Source of the DNA: Gloeobacterales cyanobacterium
Lineage (GTDB): Bacteria; Cyanobacteriota; Cyanobacteriia; Gloeobacterales; PMM-0068
Assembly: GCA_038245785.1 (NCBI GenBank)
Contig: JBBRSB010000008.1
Location: 1 to 64,000, forward strand
DNA: 64,000 nt
Direction: 5' to 3'
A model generated the notes under the pieces. That model had not been told where the DNA came from. It searched no databases and saw only the letters and a program-made list of their open reading frames with translations. Positions 18,485 to 28,482 of this stretch are shown piece after piece. Numbering within the stretch: position 1 is the first letter of the stretch; each line of letters opens with the position of its first letter. The position numbers and the translations under genes were made by a program.

Positions 18485-21400
18485 CTATGAACAGGTAAGT
18501 GTCACTCGTCTTTGCAAACCATAACCCACCTCACTTAGATAGCGATTAGGATCATGAAGCTCAGCAATGATGTATTTCACAGATTGTTCAGCATCTAAAG
18601 CAGGACTTAGATCAATAGCCCGACAAAATACTGACTCCCATTCAAATCTAAGTGCTTTTGTCAGTCCAAATAATCCTGCGCCGATAGCATTAAAATTCAC
18701 TGTTCGCTCCAGACCAAATGCCCCATCGAGGCGAGCGATGGTGTAGAAAAAACTACATTCTTTATGCGCTGCTTCATTGAGTGATTTCTTGAGGTGCTTG
18801 GCCATTAAAAAAATATGTTTGACTATGGCTTTTTCCTGATCAAGATAGTGGATTTTACTATCCTGATTAGCTTCAATCAGAGGATGAAGATGGATAAAAG
18901 CAGCAATTGGTCCATAGGTATTGATAATAGCTTCCAACTTCTGTTCCAGATTCTTTTCACTCAAATCGTCAAGCACGACGCGATTAACACCATCGGGTAA
19001 AGATACTCTTTCCTTAACTATAGTTTCTGGAAAACTTAAGACTACAACTTTCCATCCCTTTCTCATTAAAGATTCTGCCAATTTAGCTGTAGTTAAAGAG
19101 CCGTCATCGGTAAGTAAACTAATGTGACTTTCAGGCATTCTTAAGTCCAGAAAATCAGGCTCCGGCAAGAATTTTAGCCTAGCCGGAGCGCGTAAAATAT
19201 TGTGATTGAGATGATGCTGTTGCTCATCAACCTGAGTTAGTGGAGCTTTTTTTTTTGCAGATGTTATCTGTGTCTGTATATATTCAACTACCTGACCCAG
19301 CGTGCGCAACTCCATTTCTGTCAGCTCCTCAGGATTTGGCCTCGGCAAATCGGGGAATGACTCTTGCAGGGCTCCCAGGATTTCAACCCGTTTAATCGAG
19401 TCAATGCCTAAATCTGCCTCCATATCCATCTCTAGCTCTAGCATCTCTGTTGGATAGCCAGTTTTCTCACTGACGACGTTTAGTAATGCCGCACCTAAGG
19501 TTGCGGAATCGATAATAGTGGAGGGTAAGGCTGTTAATTCTGAAGGGTTTTCTTGTGCAAGTTCTGTTTTCTCTGCACTCCTTGGCTGTTTTGATTCGAC
19601 GATAGTTGGTTCTTGGATCTCTGGCGCCTGAGCTAAGGGACTAATATCTTCAGGAACCACTGAGTTAGTAGTATCTCCAGAAATAGGCTCATTTGCTGGA
19701 CGAGTCGGTACAAAGCTAGCCTGACTCAGGCTGTCAGATACTTTCGTACTCATATACTCAACCACCTGACCTAGCGTGCGCAACTCCATCTCTGTCAGCT
19801 CTTCGGGATTTGGCCTCGGCAAAGCTGGGAATAACTCTTGCAAGGCCCCTAGGATTTCAACCCGTTTAATCGAGTCAATGCCTAAATCTGCCTCCATATC
19901 CATCTCTAGCTCTAGCATTTCTGTTGGATAGCCAGTTTTCTCACTGACGACGCTTAGTAATGCGGTACCCAGGGTTGTGGCATCGACAGTACTAGAGGGT
20001 AAAGCTGTTACTTCTGACAGGATTTCCTTTGTCGCGGAAGGCTCACTTGGGCTATCTAGAACCTGCTCTAGTTCGACCGTAGAGACAGCCATAGCCTCAG
20101 GTTTTGAGTCCATGACAGGGATTCCTTGCGTTGGATTTGTCCAATTTCCATTCCTTGAGGATAGCGGTGGCTTAGGTGCAATCTCATCATCAGGGGTAGT
20201 GATCGTTTCATGAGCACCTGAAATAACTGGATTAATCTCAACTGGATTAATCTGTCGTTTCAGAATATTCTGCTGTATCTGATGGGTGATGTCAGTATCT
20301 TCCGCTAGAGGCGCACTACTTTTCGGAAAATCAGTTTGAACATCTCTGCCTTGCTTACTAATATCCACTGATTCAGGAGCCCCTGTTATCAGCAAGCCAT
20401 ACTGTTTTTGGAGTAATTGGACAAGACTTTTTCCGTATTCCGTCTGACTCTTCAAGGACTGTTCATGGATGCGTAGAGTTTCTGCTTGATGATCATGGAA
20501 CCGCATCATACTACGTTCCAGACTTTCTGTTATGGAGGCGGCTGGCTTCTCTGTTGCGAACAAAGTACTTTGATGCTCCATCAGTTGAAAGAAGCTTTTT
20601 CCAGAGTCCCTCTGATGCGCCAGGTACTGTTCATGAAGCTGTAAAAGCTCACTCTGATGTTTCATAAACTGAGCTAAGCTCGATTCCAGGCCACTTAAAA
20701 GGTTCTGCTGGTAGTTCATTGGGATTGGTTGACTTGCGGAAGGCATCGTTGTTGCTATGGATACTGGAACAGGCTTTTCAAGCACAGATTCAACTCTAGA
20801 GTTGGATGTAATCACTGAAGTGCTCACTTTGGATTCATCCGTATGTTTTCCGTTTGCGATGGCCATATTTGATTCCTTGTTTCCATTGGTTTCAGAAAGT
20901 GAACTGACTGACTTAAACATTTTCAGCTCTTGACCTTTTTCAGTACTTTTTAGTACAACCTGATGACCATTACTTAGTGCCTGTTCATGGACTTTTTTCG
21001 TTTTTTCACTGATATGATTGGCACTGCTTAGACGCACATTCAACTTGCTTTGTTTTTTATTTTGCTGTCCTTCGGTGGTCGTGTAGTCCCGTTGGTAGGG
21101 GTCCAGATTATTCAAGGACAGACCCGCTACCTGTAATTGCACTACCGCTTCTCGCAGTTGGCGGTCGCTGTCTTTCTGCGGGCTTGTATTCAAGGCCACT
21201 GCTAAGTAGGGTCTATCGCCGAGGGTATCTTTCACTAAGTTCGTGAGCACATGCCGGGGACCAAATTCAACAAAGCAACGGCCCCCTGCTGCATAAATAT
21301 TCTCTATCTCATCCTTGAAAAGCACCGGATTGATCAGGTGTTTCTTCAAAATCTCCTGCATAGCTTGAGGTTCGGCTGGATAGGGCTTGCCCATCACGTT

Positions 21401-23884
21401 GGTATAGACAGGGATTTTGGCTTGCTGAAAGGAAATAGTATCTACGGCGTCGGCAAAAGGTTCTTGTGCATGACTGACCAAGGGAGTGTGAAAAGCGGCT
21501 GAGACAGGCAGTAGGACGGGATCGTAACCACGCTCCTGTAAGACTTGCTGAACCTGGTGTATGTCAGCCGTTGCTCCTGCAAGGACGAGCTGGCGATTGG
21601 AGTTTACGTTTGAGATAGTGACCTGGGGAAAGTCTCTAATTTCTGCAACTACCTTATCTATTTCTTCTTTAACGGCCAACATTGCCCCTGCATCGAAATC
21701 TGGATTTTTTGGAGCAGCCATTGCCTGTCCTCTGGCTTTAACCAGAGAGAAATAATCTTCTTCGCTAAGCACGCCTGCGGCCCAAAGAGCTGTCAATTCA
21801 CCAAAACTGTGGCCCGCCGCAAAATCAGGCTGAAACCCTGCTCCTTGCAAAATCTTAAAAAGGCTGACGCTAAAAGCACCAATCGCTGGCTGAGCATACT
21901 CAGTCTGTTGCAGGGCTTTAGTCTGAATCTGCTTAACTTCTGGAGTAAATCCGGGAGGAGGGAATACAACTTCTGATAAAGACTTCAAGCCATCCTCGGT
22001 TAGAAGATGGTCCATGCGGCTATAGGTTTGTCGTAACTGAGGGAAGTTCAAGGCCAATTCCCGTCCCATGTGCAGGTACTGGGCTCCCTGTCCTGAAAAC
22101 AGCGCGACCACTTTCCCCTTAGTATCAAAGGCTTTTTTCCGGTAATAGATGCCTAGAGGATGTTCCCAAGATTCTGCCTGTGGATTTTTCTTGAGGCAGT
22201 TAATCGCAGTCTGTAAGCGCTCACAGCATTCAGCTTGAGAAGCAGCAACAAAACCTACTCGTGCTGTGGAGATAGGCAAAGGAAGTTCTGAAGCTTGATA
22301 GGAAGTCATGATCTCTTTGTACTGAGCACTTCCACCTTCAGCATTGACCTTCGCTAGAGCCTCTTCACATTGACGGAGCAATTGTGCGGGACTTTCAGCC
22401 GCAAGCAGCACCGACTGAGGGGTGGGATGTAACCGATAGCTCTGGTCATGTTCGTGTTCATACTCTTCCAGCACGACATGATAGTTAGTCCCCCCAAAGC
22501 CAAAAGAGCTGACACTAGCTCTTCGAGGACCATGCTCTTCATGTTTTACCCAAGGCCGGGTTTCTGTATTGAGATAGAACGGGGAGTTCTCAATGTTGAG
22601 CTTGGGGTGGGGCTTGGTCACGTTGATGGTCGGAGGCAGGACCTTATGGTGCAGGGCAAGGGCCGCTTTAATCATGCTCGCCGCACCGGCGGCAGCCTTC
22701 GTATGCCCAATTTGGGATTTAACGGTCCCCAGGGCAACATGCTGCTTGCGCGGATTATGCTCGCTAAACACTTCTGCTAAAGCTTGGAATTCGGCCGGGT
22801 CTCCCGCCATCGTTCCCGTTCCATGGGCCTCAATCAGATCAACCGTCAACGGCGAAATGCCTGCGTCCTCATAGGCCCGTCGCAAAGCCCGGACCTGTCC
22901 CTTAGGACGGGGAGCATAAATACTTTTGTAGCGACCATCGCTGGAAGAACCAATTCCTCGAATTACGGCATAGATACGATCTTGGTCTCGCTCTGCATCC
23001 TCTAATCGTTTGAGAAGCATCATGCCAACGCCTTCTCCGAGCATGATTCCCCGTGACTGGGCATCAAAAGGTCGCACATGCTCTTGATCCGTAAGGGCGG
23101 GGGTCTTGCTGAAACACATGTAGGCAATAGGAGAGTTGTCCGTATCCACTCCACCGGCAAGCATCATATTGGCGCGGTAGCTAGTTAGTTCGCTGAGCGC
23201 TAGGCTCAACGCGCCCAAAGAACTAGCACAGGCTGCGTCCACCACACAGTTCATGCCGCCCAAGTCCAGGCGGTTGGCAATCCGCCCTGAGACTACATTG
23301 GCGAGCATCCCTGGGAAAGCATTCTCATCCCACTCCAAATAGGCTGATTTTATTTTCTCCACCACTTTCTGAGTATCCTCATCGGATAACCCACTGCTTT
23401 TCAGCGCTTTTTCCCACACGGGATACTGCAACCTGCTGCTAAAGGGCATCATCAGTTGCCTTCCTAGAGCCACACCCAGAATTACTCCCGTTCGTTCCCG
23501 GTTGAAGGCACGGGATTCACCATAACCCGCATCCTCCATCGTCTCCTTGGCAATGACTAGTCCCAAAAGCTGGGAAACATCCGTGTATTCAAGAACGTTA
23601 GGAGGAAGCCCAAACTCCATTGGGTTAAAATCCACCTCTGGAATAAAGCCTCCTCTTTTGCTATAGGTTTTGTCCCGTGCCCGTGGGTCTGGATCATAGT
23701 AGTCTTCAATCTTCCAGCGGGAAGGCGGTACATCCGTAATGCAATCGATTTTGTTGACGATATTTGTCCAGTACTCCTGTAAGTTTCTGGCCTGAGGAAA
23801 AAGAGAGGCCATGCCGATGATGGCTACAGGAGTTCGTTGCAGCTGCAGGTTGGTAGCGTTGGTTTCCATTGGTTTAACCGTCAT
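18485..23884 (-). CDS. hglE: HglE/PfaA-type iterative PKS: KS-AT-ACP-ACP-KR(structural part)
   Basis: KS DAACASS, EAHGTGT, IGHTKAAAG; AT GQGAQ, GHSFG, AFH; two LGIDSIKRVEI ACPs. Confidence 0.94.
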   Translation of the reverse strand: MTVKPMETNATNLQLQRTPVAIIGMASLFPQARNLQEYWTNIVNKIDCITDVPPSRWKIEDYYDPDPRARDKTYSKRGGFIPEVDFNPMEFGLPPNVLEYTDVSQLLGLVIAKETMEDAGYGESRAFNRERTGVILGVALGRQLMMPFSSRLQYPVWEKALKSSGLSDEDTQKVVEKIKSAYLEWDENAFPGMLANVVSGRIANRLDLGGMNCVVDAACASSLGALSLALSELTSYRANMMLAGGVDTDNSPIAYMCFSKTPALTDQEHVRPFDAQSRGIMLGEGVGMMLLKRLEDAERDQDRIYAVIRGIGSSSDGRYKSIYAPRPKGQVRALRRAYEDAGISPLTVDLIEAHGTGTMAGDPAEFQALAEVFSEHNPRKQHVALGTVKSQIGHTKAAAGAASMIKAALALHHKVLPPTINVTKPHPKLNIENSPFYLNTETRPWVKHEEHGPRRASVSSFGFGGTNYHVVLEEYEHEHDQSYRLHPTPQSVLLAAESPAQLLRQCEEALAKVNAEGGSAQYKEIMTSYQASELPLPISTARVGFVAASQAECCERLQTAINCLKKNPQAESWEHPLGIYYRKKAFDTKGKVVALFSGQGAQYLHMGRELALNFPQLRQTYSRMDHLLTEDGLKSLSEVVFPPPGFTPEVKQIQTKALQQTEYAQPAIGAFSVSLFKILQGAGFQPDFAAGHSFGELTALWAAGVLSEEDYFSLVKARGQAMAAPKNPDFDAGAMLAVKEEIDKVVAEIRDFPQVTISNVNSNRQLVLAGATADIHQVQQVLQERGYDPVLLPVSAAFHTPLVSHAQEPFADAVDTISFQQAKIPVYTNVMGKPYPAEPQAMQEILKKHLINPVLFKDEIENIYAAGGRCFVEFGPRHVLTNLVKDTLGDRPYLAVALNTSPQKDSDRQLREAVVQLQVAGLSLNNLDPYQRDYTTTEGQQNKKQSKLNVRLSSANHISEKTKKVHEQALSNGHQVVLKSTEKGQELKMFKSVSSLSETNGNKESNMAIANGKHTDESKVSTSVITSNSRVESVLEKPVPVSIATTMPSASQPIPMNYQQNLLSGLESSLAQFMKHQSELLQLHEQYLAHQRDSGKSFFQLMEHQSTLFATEKPAASITESLERSMMRFHDHQAETLRIHEQSLKSQTEYGKSLVQLLQKQYGLLITGAPESVDISKQGRDVQTDFPKSSAPLAEDTDITHQIQQNILKRQINPVEINPVISGAHETITTPDDEIAPKPPLSSRNGNWTNPTQGIPVMDSKPEAMAVSTVELEQVLDSPSEPSATKEILSEVTALPSSTVDATTLGTALLSVVSEKTGYPTEMLELEMDMEADLGIDSIKRVEILGALQELFPALPRPNPEELTEMELRTLGQVVEYMSTKVSDSLSQASFVPTRPANEPISGDTTNSVVPEDISPLAQAPEIQEPTIVESKQPRSAEKTELAQENPSELTALPSTIIDSATLGAALLNVVSEKTGYPTEMLELEMDMEADLGIDSIKRVEILGALQESFPDLPRPNPEELTEMELRTLGQVVEYIQTQITSAKKKAPLTQVDEQQHHLNHNILRAPARLKFLPEPDFLDLRMPESHISLLTDDGSLTTAKLAESLMRKGWKVVVLSFPETIVKERVSLPDGVNRVVLDDLSEKNLEQKLEAIINTYGPIAAFIHLHPLIEANQDSKIHYLDQEKAIVKHIFLMAKHLKKSLNEAAHKECSFFYTIARLDGAFGLERTVNFNAIGAGLFGLTKALRFEWESVFCRAIDLSPALDAEQSVKYIIAELHDPNRYLSEVGYGLQRRVTLTCS
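19278..20017 (-). repeat. Tandem ACP duplication within hglE (19278-19543 and 19752-20017)
   Basis: Two ~265-bp near-identical segments offset by 474 bp. Confidence 0.9.
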
Positions 23885-24407
23885 TTTCTAGGGCCTCACT
23901 CTTAGGTCTGGAGAACAGTTGTAAAAGGCAGAAAGTGCTCCAGAAAAAGCTTGTAGAGCAGGAAGAGCTACAGGCATAGGGCGCTATGTCAAATTTGGCC
24001 ATTCTTTGTGTGAAACAACTCTGTGTCAGCGATTACAGCTAATACATCTTTCTTACTAGAAGGCTACTTTATGGGTCGTGCGAAAATTTGGAAAATAGGC
24101 AGCAAAAAACTATAACTTGTATCTATCTAAGCGCACTCTGCTGGTGTTCTGCTTAAACCGATCTCTGTGGATTTACCGCTTCGGAGCACGGTATGGGGTT
24201 TTTTGGAGTAAAAGCGCACAACTGTGGCCTTTTGGCAAAATCGACTCAAAATCGACTAAGGTTCAACCGCATCCTAACCGAAGATATTCTTAGGGGGTGT
24301 CGTGCAAAATACAATCTGAGGCGAAAAAAAGCCCCAAAAACGGCAAAATCCCCACTCAGAAAGCTTTAAGAGGTCTAAGATTTAGCCTGTAATCTCCAAT
24401 AATTTAA

Positions 24408-25388
24408 CTACTCCAGAAATTTTCCCATAGCTCGAAACTTCTGATAGCGCAGGTTCCGTCGTTCTTTGCCTGTCATCGCCTGCAGTTCTTGGAGATGTTT
24501 GGACAAAGTCTCTTTGAGGGTTTGAGCCATGTCTAAAGGAGCGCGATGAGCTCCTCCTGGTGGTTCAGGAATAATTTGATCAATGATTTCCATATTCTTC
24601 AGGTCGAAGGCCGTGATTTTGAGAGCGCGGGCAGCTTCTTTGATGTGTTGAACATCCCGCCACAGGATCGAAGAACAACTTTCTGGTGAAATGACGGAAT
24701 ACACTGCGTGTTCCAGCATCAAAACTCGGTCGCCAATACCAATACCTAAAGCTCCTCCCGACATGCCTTCTCCAATCACTGTGCAAATAATCGGGACTTC
24801 TAGGCTAAACATTTCTCGGAGATTGCGGGCAATCGCTTCTCCCTGTCCGCGATTTTCTGCTTCCAATCCTGGATAGGCACCAGGCGTATCAATAAAGGTC
24901 AGAATCGGCATATCAAAGCGGTTGGCATGTTCCATCAACCGCAGCGCTTTACGGTATCCATCGGGTTGGGGCATCCCGAAATTGCGCATGATATTGTCTT
25001 TCGTATCACGGCCTTTCTGTTGACCAATGATAACGACGGGTTGACCTGCGTCGTCATCGTTTATTTTGAGACAGGCCACTCCTCCGACCATCGCTGGATC
25101 GTCGCCATAGGCACGGTCGCCGTGTAGTTCCATCCAGTCTTCAAATATGCCTTGGATGTAGTCAAGAGTACTGGGGCGGCTAGGATGGCGGGCTACTTTA
25201 AGACGCTGGTCCGGGGTGAGGTTAGCAAAAATTTCTTGGCGTAGTTGGGCCGCTCGATACTCCAACTGGTTAACTTGTTCCGAAACATCTTCATTGCCTG
25301 CCTCAGCCATTTGACGAATTTGAGCAATACTGCGCTCAAATTCCATGAGTGGTTTTTCAAAATCAAGGAGTATGGGTTCGGCAGGCAT
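24408..25388 (-). CDS. accA: Acetyl-CoA carboxylase carboxyltransferase alpha subunit
   Basis: [41 protein letters not shown]. Start reassigned to ATG 25388 ([12 protein letters not shown]). Confidence 0.96.
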   Translation of the reverse strand: MPAEPILLDFEKPLMEFERSIAQIRQMAEAGNEDVSEQVNQLEYRAAQLRQEIFANLTPDQRLKVARHPSRPSTLDYIQGIFEDWMELHGDRAYGDDPAMVGGVACLKINDDDAGQPVVIIGQQKGRDTKDNIMRNFGMPQPDGYRKALRLMEHANRFDMPILTFIDTPGAYPGLEAENRGQGEAIARNLREMFSLEVPIICTVIGEGMSGGALGIGIGDRVLMLEHAVYSVISPESCSSILWRDVQHIKEAARALKITAFDLKNMEIIDQIIPEPPGGAHRAPLDMAQTLKETLSKHLQELQAMTGKERRNLRYQKFRAMGKFLE

Positions 25389-25600
25389 AACCACAGGCCA
25401 AAAGAGACTTATTCCAATGTACGGTATCGCGGCTTGGTTTCTTTTACAGAGTTTACACAGGTCATAAGGCGACCCGCAGTTGGCAATCATTACAGAGAGT
25501 TATTTTCGATGATTAGGGAATTTTGTGGCACTGATAAACAAAAATAAGCGTCTCTGCAACATGTTGGACTAGACTAAATGGCTATGGTTAGGGAGGGAAT

Positions 25601-26227
25601 TTGTCTGTTCGTTGGTTTATAGGGCTTTTTGCCCTCTGGGTGCTGTCAACACCATCCGTATTGGCTCAGCCCTTAGCCAGCTCCTTGGGCTATCGCTTGC
25701 AAGCTCAGCCCGGATGGCGACAGCTTAAGCAGGATGAAATCGAGCGATTTTATCCAAAAGCCACTAATGTTGTGGAGTATGGCTTTACCTCTGCCAAAGA
25801 ACAGTGCTTTTTCACCACTGGCTACAAAAATCTCAGAGATTTGCCAGAAAAAACGTTGCAAGAAGTGCAACAGGATCCTGGAGCTTATGCCCAAGCTTTA
25901 GCAAGTCAGATGGTTGAACAGCTGCGCAGCAGTGGTGCCGAGCAAGTGAGCGGCAAACACTACCGCCAAGAGAATCATTGGTGGACAGAAGTAGAGTTTA
26001 TTTTGGAACAGCTAGCTCCTCGACGTTCAAATAAGCAGTTTTATAATGTCAGAACACGCCGCTATAACTGGCAGCGCATTACTTTGGACGGATCAACCCT
26101 AGTGGTCATTGCAGGAGTGATTCCTGCTACACAAGACCAAAAAGATCAGTATGGATGCCGACGTGGGTTAGAAGGCTTTTTTAACTCGGTCACTTGGCCA
26201 AGTGTGGAAGCTCTCGATAATCGCTGA
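25601..26227 (+). CDS. Hypothetical secreted protein
   Basis: GGAGG RBS before TTG; signal-peptide-like N-terminus ending VLA-Q. Confidence 0.7.
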   Translation: MSVRWFIGLFALWVLSTPSVLAQPLASSLGYRLQAQPGWRQLKQDEIERFYPKATNVVEYGFTSAKEQCFFTTGYKNLRDLPEKTLQEVQQDPGAYAQALASQMVEQLRSSGAEQVSGKHYRQENHWWTEVEFILEQLAPRRSNKQFYNVRTRRYNWQRITLDGSTLVVIAGVIPATQDQKDQYGCRRGLEGFFNSVTWPSVEALDNR

Positions 26228-26279
26228 TTTAAGGTCTGCTTAATGATGCTACATTGGGGAGCGATTCTGCACTGAAACT

Positions 26280-27080
26280 ATGACAGGACAACGGGTAGAA
26301 GTCGCGGGAGTACAGTGGTTCTACCGCACGGAAGGTGAAGGAGACCCAATAGTTTTACTCGCGGGTTTTCCGACTACGTCCTATCTATGGCGAAAATCAA
26401 TCACTGCCTTAGCAAGAAAACGCTGGGTAATTGCTCCCGATTTGCCCGGTTGGGGAGAAAGTGACAAGCCTCAAAACTTCTCTTACAAAGTGTCTGACTT
26501 GGCTGCAGCCTTAAATGATTTTCTAAATACGCTCAATGTCGAAACCTTTAGCTTAGTTATCCATGGCTATAGCTTGCCCTTGGGCTTAAAACTCCTAAGC
26601 CAAGACCCTAAGCGGATCTCCAGCCTGGCCTTGATCAGTCCCTGGTGTTCCCCTGGCGAAAAACTCCCTTCCATCTGGCAATTTCTTCAGGTGCCTCTGC
26701 TAGGAGAAATGATGGCCCAAGACCCGATCAACATCGACCGGGTGATTGAGGCTGGACTGGTATATCAGCTTCCCCTACCCGATTTAGCCCAATATCGCGC
26801 TCCCTATTTAGCAAGTTCGATGTCAGGTAAAGCGCTAACCCGCACCATTCGGAACTTAACGAGTGTGACCTTAGCCCAAGCAGAGCGCAACCTAGACTTC
26901 ATTTCCTGTCCCTCACTTGTGATTTGGGGGCAAAAAGACCGTTGGATCCAAAAAGCAGAGCAGGTGAGCAAGCGGTTGAAAGACAGTACATTGTTGACCT
27001 ATGCCGATGCACGGCATTTCCTTCCTGAAGACCAGCCTGACCAGCTTACCCAAGACCTATTGCGCTTCTTTGTTACTTAG
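26280..27080 (+). CDS. Alpha/beta fold hydrolase (haloalkane dehalogenase/epoxide hydrolase-like)
   Basis: GFPTTSYLWR, APDLPGWGESDKP, VIWGQKD, HFLPED. Confidence 0.88.
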   Translation: MTGQRVEVAGVQWFYRTEGEGDPIVLLAGFPTTSYLWRKSITALARKRWVIAPDLPGWGESDKPQNFSYKVSDLAAALNDFLNTLNVETFSLVIHGYSLPLGLKLLSQDPKRISSLALISPWCSPGEKLPSIWQFLQVPLLGEMMAQDPINIDRVIEAGLVYQLPLPDLAQYRAPYLASSMSGKALTRTIRNLTSVTLAQAERNLDFISCPSLVIWGQKDRWIQKAEQVSKRLKDSTLLTYADARHFLPEDQPDQLTQDLLRFFVT

Positions 27081-27275
27081 AATAGCTATATTGAGTTCCT
27101 GTACGCAAACCCCCTGCATAAAGGGCAACTTAATCGATCAATAACTATCCCCCCTCATAGGCGAAGCCTTTCCGTTAGCGAAGCTTGCCGAAGGTATAGG
27201 GTGGGGGTACAGAGGGGGGTATTAATCAGCAATCTCCGTAAACTTGCACGGTATATAAGCTTTCCTACCCGAAGG

Positions 27276-27872
27276 TTAGAGACCAGGCATATTCACATAT
27301 CCGGGCAACTGCTCTATTCGACTAACCCAGGCCATGACATGGGGATAGGCGGCTAAGGAAATCTTGGCATCTCCCGATAATCTGATATAGGGAAAGCAGG
27401 CAATATCAGCGATAGTAGGATGCTCCCCTTCCAGCCAATTTCGGTCGTTTAAATGGTTATTGATCACCTTTAACAATGCATGAGACTGATTTTCTAAGGT
27501 CTCTATATCGGCCTTGGACCCAAAGAGATGGTGAACTCTTGCCGCTGCCAAACTAATAGCAATTTCTCTTGCAGCTGTTGAAAGCCATTGCATGACTTTG
27601 CCCATTGATGCTGCATCCACAGGGAACCAGTCTTCACCGCCATACTGTCGTGCGAGATACACCAAAATGGCCTGCGAGTCTCGGATTACCGTCTCTCCGT
27701 CTGTCAAAACAGGTACTTGCCCAAAAGGATTGAGCTGTAGAAAAGGGGCTTGTTTATGTTCGCCCCCTTTCATGTCAACGGGTATCTTCTCGTAATCCAG
27801 GTTCAGGAAAGAGAGCAAGAGCCGGACTTTGTGGCAATTACCGGATAAGGGGAAATCATAGAGCTTAATCAC
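27276..27872 (-). CDS. Glutathione S-transferase
   Basis: SGNCHKVRLLL, NPFGQVPVL, DSQAILVYLA, TIADIACFPY. Confidence 0.95.
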   Translation of the reverse strand: MIKLYDFPLSGNCHKVRLLLSFLNLDYEKIPVDMKGGEHKQAPFLQLNPFGQVPVLTDGETVIRDSQAILVYLARQYGGEDWFPVDAASMGKVMQWLSTAAREIAISLAAARVHHLFGSKADIETLENQSHALLKVINNHLNDRNWLEGEHPTIADIACFPYIRLSGDAKISLAAYPHVMAWVSRIEQLPGYVNMPGL

Positions 27873-27947
27873 AGTGTTCCTGTTCCTTTGAGTGTGTATA
27901 CCGAACGTTTAAGATCAGATTTAGAAGACTTATAACCTCAATTCACT

Positions 27948-28478
27948 ATGGCCTCTTCAAAATTTTTAGTTATCCCTGGCGTGGTTCCTCAAGAGGCTAG
28001 CGACCGATTTGCGCAACAACTGAATATTACAGGGGGGTGTTGTGTTCCTGCAGGCGTAGCTCCCTACAATCCGTGGGCTCTAGAGCATTTTACCCAAACC
28101 CAAGACCTGGATTCGGACCTAGTGGTAGTTGCCTATAGTGCAGGCTGTGTAGGTGCTTTAGGTTGGATTCCTATCTGGCAGCGGCAGCAGAAGACTATCA
28201 AAGCGTTGATTGCGATCGATGGCTGGCCCATCCCGTTTTGGCACAAATTCCCTCTTTATCGTGTCAGCCATGACTTTTATACCCATCGCACAACTCTTCG
28301 CTTAGGAGCTGGCCTGGAACAGTTTTACTGTGACCCGGCAGTGGAACATCGCCATCTGTGGACCGATCCAGAAACAGCTTGGGGATTCTGGAACAAGCTA
28401 GATAAGCCAAAGGAAACCCACAGGGCTACAGCCCTGGATTTCCTCCAGCGCGTCTTAAAACATCATTTGGAACTTTAA
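27948..28478 (+). CDS. Hypothetical protein, small alpha/beta-hydrolase-like
   Basis: AYSAG nucleophile-elbow-like motif, IDGW, SHDFYTH. Confidence 0.7.
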   Translation: MASSKFLVIPGVVPQEASDRFAQQLNITGGCCVPAGVAPYNPWALEHFTQTQDLDSDLVVVAYSAGCVGALGWIPIWQRQQKTIKALIAIDGWPIPFWHKFPLYRVSHDFYTHRTTLRLGAGLEQFYCDPAVEHRHLWTDPETAWGFWNKLDKPKETHRATALDFLQRVLKHHLEL

Positions 28479-28482
28479 CGGC

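Noticed and set aside
19278..20017. Near-identical repeat as an assembly error or mobile element
   Set aside because: It is an in-frame tandem ACP with scattered substitutions, normal for PfaA/HglE.
23950..23972. TGTAG...CTACA upstream of hglE as an NtcA site
   Set aside because: Spacing is GTA-N13-TAC, not GTA-N8-TAC.
25389..25490. ORF-track N-terminal extensions of accA (also phzF, hoxE, hoxW, brnA)
   Set aside because: Family homology begins at downstream ATGs; some extensions run through a terminator, a repeat or an overlapping gene.
27105..27275. GC-rich intergenic stretch with CCGAAGG units (similar at ~34580-34630) as ncRNA or CRISPR
   Set aside because: No regular repeat-spacer periodicity or recognisable RNA family; probably degenerate dispersed repeats. 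No CRISPR array was seen anywhere in the window.
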